From Lama guanicoe (lineage: Eukaryota): a stretch of DNA of 64,000 nt. Position numbers and translations under genes: made by a program. Location: the NCBI GenBank assembly GCA_013239625.1, contig MU054338.1, positions 808,001-872,000 of the forward strand. Reading direction: 5' to 3'. Within the stretch, counting starts at the first letter, position 1, and every line of letters begins with the position of its first letter. Below are positions 38,701-53,161 of the stretch, piece after piece. The notes below the pieces were generated by a model, which was given only the letters and a program-made list of their open reading frames with translations, was not told the DNA's origin and did not search any database.

Positions 38701-41491
38701 GGGACAGAGACTGGGATGGAGCGTGGGCCTCCCACACAGGCCCAGGCCTCTGTGCCCCGCACCCGCTCACCTTGGTCACACCACGCCTAAAGGCCTCTCG
38801 GGTGAGGATGCCCGGGCCGTCCACCGTGCGGCCATCGTCCTCAGGGCCCCAGCTGGCGCTGTAGATGTGGATGTGCTGCGGCTGCAGGCTCAGTGACTGG
38901 GCCTCGATGACATCCGTGATGGTCCCGTCCAGCATGCGCACCCCTGTGTGGGCAGCGGAGGTGGCCTCTGTGGGCATCCTGCCTGTGCCCGGGGCTGGGG
39001 GTGTCTGGGGGTGCTCAGCATGGCCCAGGGATGAGCATGTGGCACCCAGAGGCTTCCTCCCCTAGCTCTCTGCCAACTCTCCCGGGTATTTGCAGCTACC
39101 CCGGGCCACGGGCCTGAGTCTGTCCCCGGCGAGAGCCTGAGTACCTCCGATACGGGCGTTGTAGGCGACGCCAGTGCCACAGAACCTGTTGTTTGCTATC
39201 GCTGCCACTTCCCCAGCACAGCGGGTTCCGTGCCTGATGCCAAGTCAGAGACAGGTTCCCGTCACAGCCCCCTCGGCCCCCTAGGGATACCAGGAGCTGC
39301 CCCCTTGCCCTGTGGGACACTAGGCTCACCGGTTCTCATCACTGGGCGTGTATCTCGGCTGGGGGTCTGGGTCGTAGTCGTTGAAGTCATAGCTGGCCAG
39401 GGGGTCCTGGGGGAGGGTGGGGACTTGAAGGGGCTGTGACAGGCCTTGGGACGTGAGGAAGCCCTGACCCGGCCCCATGGACTCACGTAGTTGGCCCAGA
39501 GGTCTGGGTGGTCCTTCTCGATGCCGTCATCCAGGACAGAGACCACGATGCCCTGGCCGGACAGTCCCTGGCTCCACACCTGCAGGATATTCAGGTCCGG
39601 CTGCACCTTGTTGTTCTGTGCAAGGCGGGGCCAGGGTCAGTGGGGCTCTGGCCTGGTCCAGCCCCGCCGCCCAGCCTGGCCAGCTCACCATGTACCACTG
39701 CTTGGAGAACCAGGGGTCCGTGGGCACCACCAGGGAGCGTTTCACCCGCCGCCGCAGCGTCTGCTGCTGGAACCACTGCACCTAGGGGGAACCATGCCGT
39801 GGGAGGGGACTTGGATCCACGAGCTTCCCACCCTCCTCCCAGCTTCCTGCTGTCACACTTGAGTGCTTTAGAGGGCCCTGTCCTAGAGACCACAGCAACC
39901 TGCCCCTCAGCCCTTCTGCCAATTCCTGGTGAAAAGGCCCAAATCTGCTTCCAGGGTCTGGGTGGGCCTCTTCTCTGGGTCTGCCAAGGGGCTGTGGTTT
40001 AGTGGGATGTATGTCTGGGCTGTCCACTGCTTGTCCTGGGGACCTCGGAGTGTGGGATGGGGCCAGGGACTCCGTGTTTGCTGGGGCTGCTCTTGAGGGT
40101 CCCCATGTGCCTGGGGCTCTCCCTTCAAAGGGGGCCGAAGCCCTCAGAGTACCCACCTTCAGGGGCCAACAGACACAAGGCTGCTCCCCAGTGTGGCTGG
40201 GTTCCCAACCCTGCCCCTTTTCCCATCCTTGTTTTAGAATCCCTCTCCCCTAGACCTGCCCATATCCCCCTGCAGGGCCCACTTCTTTCTACCTCACCCT
40301 CCCCAGTGCAGGACACCCCTGTGTGGCTAGACCTGTCTCCTCCTTGGTCCTTCAGCTGCCCTGCCCCTGCCACCTCTCTACAACACCCTCTTGGAACACT
40401 GCAGCCTCACTCTCTGTTGAAACCCTCCCGTGGTTCCCCACCACCCTTTCCAGAGCCCACGAGACTCCTTGCTTGTCTGGCCCCCACCAGCCTTCCTCTG
40501 CTGCACCCACAGTGGCTGTCTCACTCCAGGACCTTTGCACATGCTGTTCTGACTGACCTGGCTTGCTCTTGCTCAGACCTTTGCCCTTCCCCCCTTTTCC
40601 TTATTGATTGTCTACCCGCTAAACCAGCTCATGTTCCCCCACCCCCATCTCAACAGTCAGGACCATCTTCTCCCCATTTGCTCAGCTCCAGACTTGGAAA
40701 CTGGCCTCCATTTCCCACACATTCAATCCATTAGCAAGCCCTGGTCTCTGTCCTGCAAGCCACATCCCCACCGTAGAGACTAGGGGGCCAAATAGACACC
40801 AAGATGCAGAACTTGGTGACTTGCCAAAGGTCACACAGCCATTCATAACAATCACAAGAATAACAGGAGGTGGCTGAGGCCCCTGAGGGGGCAGCCTCGA
40901 GGCCAGGCTCACCTTGGGGTCTTTCTTCAGGCGCAGGCAGTGGCCCCAGTGTGGAGTTAGGGACTGCTGGACCACGCCCCGGTGCCGCAGATGGAAATAC
41001 TGCCCGTCAGGGAAGATCTGGGAACGTGGGGGAGCAGTGGCATGGATGGGACCGGGCTGCCCTGATGGAGCTCCCCACAGGAGAGAGGCCAGGCCCCAAC
41101 TCCTTACATCTCCCCCAACCAGGGGCCCAGGTAGGGGCTTCAGGTGCCCTCTGGGGATCCCAGAATCTGAAGCTGATCGAGGCAGGAGAGACCTTGGAGT
41201 CCTGGATATCTGGGGAACCTAGGGGGCCCCTTCCATCTGTTGGGGTCTGGGGTCCTCCAGCCCCCGCCCCCTCCCGTCAATCCGGGTCCCCCCCACCTGC
41301 CCCAGGTTGACGAAGCCGAACTTGCGCGCCAGGCGCTCGACCTCCTGGTAACCCTGGGACACCCGCACAGCCCAGCTGCTGACATAGATGGGGACCCGGG
41401 CCGAGGCCCACCCCACAGCCATGGGGCCAACGAGTGCCAGGCCCAGGGCCAAGGTCAGTCGCAACCAGAGCGCAGACCGGGCAGGCCGCAT
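35791..41491 (-). CDS. PCSK4: Proprotein convertase subtilisin/kexin type 4 (PC4), 15 exons, ~764 aa
   Basis: Exons (minus): 41491-41297, 41017-40913, 39781-39689, 39615-39487, 39406-39330, 39233-39145, 38943-38771, 38684-38472, 38160-38060, 37981-37878, 37810-37693, 37379-37200, 36983-36859, 36514-36392, 36260-35791 (2295 nt). Shows a signal peptide, RVKR|S propeptide site, catalytic D (VLDDG), H (RHGTRC) and S (GTSASAP), oxyanion N (ASGNGG), P-domain RRGDL, Cys-rich region and hydrophobic C-terminal segment. Confidence 0.97.
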
Positions 41492-42442
41492 TGCGGCGGG
41501 GGCGGGGCCTACAAAAGCCCCTCCCCTTGGCCAAACCGCCAAGACGTCCCAGGCGCCCGCCCCGCCCCTGGAGCCATAGCAACCCCTGAAAGGCTTCAAT
41601 TCCCAGGGGGCCTTGCGTCTCCCCGATTAGAAGGGCGAGATCTGACAGCAGTGTAGGGGAACACGCGGCCACTCTGGTAGTCTGCAGACTCAAACCCTCC
41701 GGAGCCTCAGTCTCCCTATTTGTACAATGACCTAAATCTTCTGACCCAGAGGAGTGGGCTCTCCGTTGCTAAAATTGACCCCGCCCCTTTATCTGATCCC
41801 GCCCACACTCATATACGCTCCTCCCCTTAGAATAAGTGTTGCTTCCTTTTCGATCCAACCAGAATTGTTTTTTCAAAAAGTCCCGCCTTCTCAATTTAGC
41901 TCCGCCCCATCCTGGTCCCTCAGATTCCTTCCCTCCTCCTTTATGTTCAGCCCCGCCCCCTCCCTGTTTTCTCCAATGAATCTTTTCGCGTTTCTCCAAT
42001 CAACTCTGGTTTTTCTCCGGCCCCTCCCACCAACTCCGCCTCTCCAGCACTCTTCTCTCCCTCCCATAGCTCCACCCCCACAACAGCTCAGCCAATAATC
42101 CCGGCCATGACCCCGCCCCCAACCAGCTACGTCCCTCTCCGGCTCGACCAATCGGGGCCCTCAGCTACGGTGCCCCGCCCCCTCCCTCCAAAGTCGCGTC
42201 TGCGGGGGCCGCGGCCCGCCAGAGGGCAATGCGGCGGGGGAGACGGGGCAGGCCCCACCTCCTTTGCCCGCCCTGCCCTCCCATTGGCCAGAGCGGGGGA
42301 CAGGAGGTGGAGACCGGCCAGGGGGCGGAGACCAGCTCCGGGGCCGAGCGGTGCGGCTTGCGAAAGGCGGCCCGAGCGCGACCAAGTCCGTGCGCGGGGC
42401 GGCGGTCAAACTCAGGCTGCCAACCCCGGGCCCACCGGTGCC
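41492..42442. promoter_or_regulatory. Bidirectional PCSK4/REEP6 promoter
   Basis: Head-to-head ATGs ~950 bp apart; multiple CCAAT boxes (~41973, 41996, 42092, 42149, inverted ~42283) and CCGCCC GC boxes; CpG-rich. Confidence 0.75.
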
Positions 42443-46660
<4,218 letters not shown>

Positions 46661-46917
46661 AGTCCCTGTCCAGCCCCGGCAAAGACCTGCCAGCCAGTAA
46701 GCTGGAGGACACATCGCACCCCAAGTCGTCTGTGGCTTCCTCCACCGAGTCCCCAGCAGAGTCCTCCACCAGCCCCTTGTCCCCGAGCAAGGCAGCCGCC
46801 AGGACCTCTGCCAGCCTGAGCCAGTCCCAGCCTTACTTCCCGGCCACTGGCTCTGCCAGTGGCTCCCAACTGCCTGGCAAGGTCCAGGGTGGGCTTCGGT
46901 CTCGAGCCAACTTCTCT

Positions 46918-47112
46918 GGCCAGCCCCAGGCCCCCAGCCAGACTCAGACCCCCGGCCAGCCCCGGGCCTCCGTCCAGACTCAGACCCCCGGCCAGCCCCG
47001 GGCCTCCGGCCAGACTCAGACCCCCGGCCAGCCCCGGGCCTCTGGCCAGACTCAGTCCCCCGGCCAGCCCCGGGCCTCTGGCCAGACTCAGAACCCTGGC
47101 CAGCAGCGCGCC
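46918..47112 (+). repeat. 36-bp tandem repeat (~5 copies), encoding QTQTPGQPRASG in the long ORF
   Basis: CAGACTCAGACCCCCGGCCAGCCCCGGGCCTCYGGC-type units start at 46939, 46975, 47011, 47047 and 47083. Confidence 0.9.
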
Positions 47113-47502
47113 CAACTGTCCACCACTTCCTCAGGCCCTTCCCAGATGGCCCACAGGTCCTCAGGCTCCAGGCAGCATCCCAGCACCTCCTTCAGCCAGG
47201 GGGTCCCCCTCGTGCAGTTTCCCGGTGGCACCCCCATCCCCACACAGCCCCCCAGCAAGACCCCCAATGGGCCAGGGGCCTCAGTCCCTAAGGCCTGCAA
47301 GCCAAGCAGGCAGCCCCTGGCACTGCACACCAGCAGCAGCTCAGTGCCCGAGCTGCCTGCCTCCTGCCAATCTGAGTCCTCCCTGGAGTACTCCTCCGAG
47401 TCCACCACGGAGGCCAGCTGCAGCTGGCCCAACCACACACCTGGGCTCCACTACCTGCAGCACTGCTGGCGGCTGAAACACCTGGCTTGCTAGGGAGGAC
47501 TC

Positions 47503-47508
47503 AGTAAA
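47503..47508 (+). terminator. Probable REEP6 poly(A) signal (AGTAAA variant)
   Basis: AGTAAA with a downstream GT/T-rich stretch (gtctgtccttt); no AATAAA seen between 46660 and this site. Confidence 0.55.
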
Positions 47509-47721
47509 GCTCATCTGGACCAACCTCGTCCAGCCGTCTGTCCTTTGGGGGCCGGGTGAGGGGCTTCACGGGCTCGGTCTCCTCCTCCAGGGGCAGGTGC
47601 TGCGCAGCACCACTGCGCAGATGAGAAGACTCGGACTCAGAACGGAGGGCTCACCAACTGGCCGAGACATGCCCGCACGCCCGGGAGATCCTTGTCCTCA
47701 CCCCTGAGCTTCCTCCCTCTC

Positions 47722-49374
47722 CTGGCCTAGCGGTCAGGCTCGCTCACGTCAGACTCCTTGTTTTAAAAACTCTCCTAAGAGAAGCAAGGTAGAGGAAACA
47801 GTCCCGCCTCACCTGCGCTCCCTCCAGAAGCAGGCATCCCTCAGGAATTTGAGTTCTCAGGAGGAGACCCTGTGAAGCACCAGCAGGGAGTGGAGCAGGG
47901 ATAGAGGGGGATGGAGGAAGGCGGTGAAGGTGTGGCCAAGCCCAGCACACCTGCGGGCAACTGGCACTCTGACTCCCATCGAATGCACACCTGAGACTTA
48001 GCCTGCCCAGGTGCCCAGGAAGCAAGGCCTCATCCACCACCTTGGTGGTCCCCTGGGGAAGCTGTGGCCCTTCGCACCAGCCAGCGCCCCCTGCAGGCAG
48101 CGCAGGGGGCAGGGCTAGCCAGCCTTCAGCAAAGAGGCCCTGGGAGGCTGGCTGTGGACATCAGCCTGGCCTTCCTGGAAATGGGGAGTGAGAAGCGGGG
48201 TGGGCATGGCCAGGACCTCCTACCACCTGCAGCTGGTTTCCTGTGTGAGGCCAGCATGACAGTGATCACAGAAACAGGCAGGGACAGGATGAGTGAGGAC
48301 AGTGATGGGCCTGCCGTGTGGAGAGAGGCAACATCTGGGTGCACAGGAGCAAATCAAATCCAACGGGATATAAATATCCAAAACACCTCCCTGTTCAAAT
48401 TCAGGTCCTCTAAAGCAGTCAGAAGCTGGGGCTGGGGGAGCTGAGCAAGGAGGTGGTCTTGGCCAGGGCCCTAGACCTGGAACTACACCTGGAACCAGCT
48501 CCAAATGGAGCCCAGGGGCCCGAGATTTGTGCCCCTAAATCTGTCGGTCACTGGCTTCAGCCCACCCCCCGAGAGGGGTCTGTAACCCTGAGGGGATCTC
48601 CTTGAGGTAGCTCCTGTCAACCAAAGACAAATCTCCCACGAGACGTCAGCAGCCACGCCTGGGAGGACCCCGTGGTGTCCATCACAGACAGTTTTCCTAA
48701 ACAGGTGGCAGCTTTGCACAGCTCCCAACACTGCAGCCCCGTGTCCTCATCCTTGTCAACTCCAATAAGGGAGCAGGAGGCACTGAGTTCTACTAGAAGC
48801 AGGGGGTCCAATTCATCCATTCCATTGCTCAGCCAATATTGATCACCTACTGTATACCAGGCCTTGCTCCAGGAGCCAAGGGTAGAGTAAGAATCCAGAG
48901 AGAGAAAAATCCCTGTTCCTAAGGATTTGGAAGGGTGACCATCGACACGATAAACGGTAACACGTCAGAAGGAAGAGAATGTAATGGGGAAATGGGCAGC
49001 CGAGAGTCGGGGTGCAGGGGCTCCCCCATCAGGCAGGGTCAGAGAAAGGCTTCTCTGTGGAAATGACATTGGCGTAGACATGCGGAGGAAGTGAGGGCAC
49101 AAGTCTTGTGAACACGAGGGCAGGAGTGGTCCAGGCGGCTACAGAGGAGGAGGACGACTTTGCCTGGCAGGTTAGAGGAAGATCAGGGGGGCTGGTGTGG
49201 CGGGAGCCATGTGAGCGAGGGTGAGAGAGGTGGGTCTAGGGGGTGGACCATGCAGATACCTGCCTGCTTCTGGGGGAGCACAGGAGAGGCAGGACCGTTT
49301 CCTCTACCTTGCTTCTCTTAGAAGAGTTTTGAAAACAAGGGGACTGACATGAGCAAGCCTGACCTCTAGGCCAG
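47722..49374. repeat. ~115-bp inverted repeat pair (47722-47836 / 49261-49374)
   Basis: The arms are reverse complements with about 11 substitutions and 1 indel by manual alignment; shared core CTAAGAGAAGCAAGGTAGAGGAAAC. Confidence 0.9.
48083..48097 (-). promoter_or_regulatory. CTCF motif (reverse)
   Basis: Reverse complement CCTGCAGGGGGCGCT resembles the CTCF core. Confidence 0.5.
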
Positions 49375-50134
49375 CGAAGACTTCGGCTCTAACTCCGGGA
49401 TGTAGGATTTCTTGGAAGGAGGGGATCGAGGCTAATTATTAATGAGCTCCCACCCTGCTGGGAAGTCCACCTGGGCACTGGGGACAGGGATCTTGGCATC
49501 TGCTTATCACTGCCCCAGCTGTTTGAAGATGGTGGTGTGACCTCGGTCCAGGGCTGGCTCTCTCTGCACCTGACCTCGCCCCGCTCCCGCTGGGCCCCTC
49601 AAAGACCATCCCAAGGCCCCACCCACCCCCGGGTCAGCTCACCTGGGAGCACAGGTGAAAGGACACACGCCTGACTCACCAGGTGGAGGCAGTGACCTTT
49701 AGTCCGTCAGACATGTTTTAATTTAAACATACAGAGAAGCGTAGTCAGTGACTTGAGGCAAGTAACGCATCACGGCTGGCCCTGCTGGTCACTCCCCACC
49801 CTCAAAGGCAGCCCCGTCCACACCTCCCCCACCCATGAAGGTCACCTGCATCCCGTCCACAGTGTTTTCTGCCCTCTCCCGTCCGACTCGACTCTCTGCA
49901 CTGCCACGGGCAGGGCCCCTGACGCCCTTCTCTTCCGCTGGCAGAGGCATGTCATTCTATGGGAAGGCCGCAGGGTGCCCCGTGCCACTGTGGGTGGGCC
50001 TTCGCGTTGTTTCCAGTTGGGGGCTATTGTGACAAAAGCTGCTAGGAACATTCTAGAACCCGTCTTTGGTAAGCAGTGCTCTCCTTCCCCTTCGGCATTC
50101 ACCTGTCAGACTGCAGGGCTTCAGGTGAGAGTGT

Positions 50135-50545
50135 GAGCCTCCTGGAGCTGCTTTAACCAATTATCACCAACTGGGAGGCTTGGGACAATAGAAATTTATT
50201 CTCTCACCATCTGGAGGCCTCAAGTCCAAGATCCAGGGCTGGCAGGGCCGTGGTCCCTCCAGAGGCTCCAGAGGAGGGTCCTTCCTGCCTCCACCGGCTT
50301 CTGGGGGCCCCAAGCATCCCTGGGCTTGTGGCCCCATTGCTCTGACCTCTGCCTCCACCACCACATGGCCATCTTCTCGGTCTCTCCTCTGCGTGTCTCT
50401 TACAAGGACACCTGTCATTGGATTTAGGGCCCACTTGGATAATCCAGAGTGATTCTGAGACCCTTACCAACATCTGCAAAGACTCTTTTCCCAAATAAGA
50501 TCCTGTTCACAGGTCCCAGGGGTTAGGGCGTGGAGGTGTTTATTC
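50135..50545. mobile_element. MLT1-family (ERVL-MaLR) solo LTR
   Basis: AGAAATTTATTCTCTCAC..TCTGGAGGC..CAAGTCCAAGATC...CATTGGATTTAGGGCCCAC...CATCTGCAAAGACTCTTTTCCCAAATAAG motifs. Confidence 0.85.
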
Positions 50546-51718
50546 AACTTTACACATGAGCGTGTGTTCAGCTGTAGCAGAAACAGCCAAACTGTTTTCC
50601 CAGGTGTTATGCCATTGTAACCTGCACACACTCATCTGATCCCGCAGGATGTGAGACAGCCTGGGGGGGGGTGGTTCAGCAGCCCTTCAACTGGACACGT
50701 GTCCTCCCGTGGGTCAGCCAGCTTGCACGGAGTCAGTGAGAGACGAGCACACAGCAGGAGGGTGCTGTGTGCAGAGAATTAAAAACAGTAAGAACAGCAT
50801 CAGACCCCCCCAGAGCCATGTTGCTGAGCACAAATGTTCCTGGGGCTGCTGAGTCCACTGTTGTGATTACTTTTGTCTTAATAACATGGACGCAAGTTTC
50901 CAACGTGCCTCTTTTCCTTCTTCATTCTTTAATAAACGTCATCTCCCTTGGGAAGTCCAGAGAATTCCCAGTTCCAGATGCGTGAAGACTCGGCTGCGTG
51001 GGCTTCCCTTGAGAGGACGTTCCCATCTGTAATCATTTGCGGTCTCTTCAGGGACACAGTAAATAATAAAACCCTGAGAGCTGGGGATTGTGCAGACATG
51101 AAGAAGCAGATCTCGAGTCACTCTATTTCCGTCATTCCCTGTAAGCGTTCGGAGTTTTTATTCCTGTTTAAAGCATCAAAGCCGCGTGGTATCTTTGCTG
51201 GGCAAGCGGGAACGCCAGTTTCGCTGTGCACGTTGCTGAATTTGAGAATCTTTAGAACCACAGTGTTTTCTACTCTTTTTAAATCGTTCCGTCGATTTTT
51301 TTATTTAAAGCTCAAGAGAAAACCAGAAAAACAACGAAATGCTTACTGCCGAGGGTTATAGGATCACGACTGGGAACAATGTTGCCACTGGCAGAAGAGG
51401 CCGTCCAGAGACCGGGCTGCGGGGAGTCCTGGCCCCTGTGGCCACAGGCCATCTCATCTGCTGCCCGAGTGGGCCCTGCGCTGGCCTCCCTCCCAGCAGG
51501 TGCCTCGCCCAGGCCAACTGGTCTAGCTGGTGGGGAGTAGGTGGCAGCGCTGACCCACAGAGCTCTGGGAGGAGGAGGGTGGAGACTCCCATTCCCTGAG
51601 ACACCCTCACCCTGCAGTGAGGCAGAGAGGACCACCTCTGGATAACAGCCCGGGGCAGTAGGGCCCTTGGGGGCTGCAGGTAACACCGGGAGCGCACAAT
51701 CCTTCTTCCCCTGTCCTG

Positions 51719-51732
51719 CCACCAGGGGGCGC
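51719..51732 (+). promoter_or_regulatory. CTCF motif (forward)
   Basis: CCACCAGGGGGCGC, an exact core consensus. Confidence 0.65.
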
Positions 51733-53161
51733 CCGGGCCCCAGGCCTGCCCTCCTGAGCTGCGCCCCGCTGTGCCCCACTGTGCCCCGCTGTGCCCCACG
51801 GGAGGGGGCTTTCTGGGGATTCTCCAGTCCTGGGCTGTCCCAGGTGCTGCTGGGTCCCTGGGAGGGACTCTTTGGAGGAATGTGTGAGTGAACGGAGGGG
51901 CTAGGGAAAGAGTCCAGGAGAGTGTGATTGCCAGGAGAGCCTGAAAGGGCACTGGGACGGGGAAACAGGCAGAGAGAGGGGCAGGGCCTGGCCTGAGGTC
52001 ACCCGCAGGGTCCAAGGCTGAGCCAACCATGGATGGTACAGAAGAGCAGACACTGCCAATCAATACGTGACCTAGGCCTGCCTTCTGGGCTCTAGAATTA
52101 TACCCAGGACACACAAGGACAGGGCACAGGCTGAGGGCAGGGGCTCTGAACTGCCTCCTCTCTTGGAGTGGCAGGTCTTGAGAACTGCCTGAGATGAACA
52201 TGCGGCCCCCAAAGGGGCATGGGGAGGACGCTTGGGACCTATGGAAGCCCCACGTGCCCCTATCCTCATATTCCCTGTCCTTGTTGTTCCCCCACCCAGG
52301 GTCAGACATGCTGAGAGGAAGTGGGGGCTGGACCAGGAGTGCATGTGGTCACGTGTGTATATGTGGTGAGAGCTCCATTGTGAGTCAGACTGCCAGCGCA
52401 TCTTGAAGTCTCTGCAGCCAAGTATGTGTAACTGGGGTGACCTTGTTAAGAAAAAGTGTTTGTAAAAGTTAATAGGAATAAAAAAGGGGTGAACAGCAGT
52501 GTTGCCTGGAGGAAACCCTTCCCTGCCCTGAGCTGCTGAAGTTGTCAAGATTATCTCTGAACTTCTTGGTAGCCAGGGTAAAAGGGGAAACTGGTATGTT
52601 ACAGTGAATTAACATTGCCTGGGTAGGCATGTCTTCTAGGGGTCATGTCTGTTTGTGACAGAGTCTCTGAATAGGTGAGGGTGCGAGTGTAAGTGGCAAT
52701 GAGAAGGGAGAGACAGAGTGTCAGGGAGTTAAACAGTGATGAGTTTCCTGGTAGCTAGGGCAAAAAGGGAAACTGATACATTACAGTGTCTCTTTAAGGC
52801 ATGTCTTCCTCCAAGCCATGCTTGCTTGTGACAGCGTCTAATCAAATGAGTGTGAAGCAAAGGGAATAAAAGCAGACACAAAGTCTCTGAGTGTAAAATA
52901 GCTGTAAGTTTCCTGGCAGCCAGGGTGAGAGAGGAAATAAGTTAAAGAGTCAGTTCAGTGTGTCCTCATCAGTACCTGCCTGCTTGCAACAGTGGATCTG
53001 AATGCAGGAGTAGAAGCGGGTGTAATGAGGAGTCACATAGCTGCAAGTAGGAGATACTCCAAAGCTCCCTGGAAGCTATGCCAAGAGGGGAAATATGTTG
53101 ACTTTGAGCCTAGTCAGGCATGTCCTCCTCGTGGTGTGTGGCTGAGGCCTGGTCTAGGGGC

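Noticed and set aside
46918..47112. 36-bp repeat as a CRISPR-like array (also the 32-bp repeat at 61720-62040)
   Set aside because: Contiguous tandem units without unique spacers, eukaryotic context, no cas genes.
51356..52309. 317-aa minus-strand ORF downstream of the ADAMTSL5 stop
   Set aside because: No recognisable domain and no evident splice link; it probably lies in the 3' UTR and is plausible by chance at this GC content.
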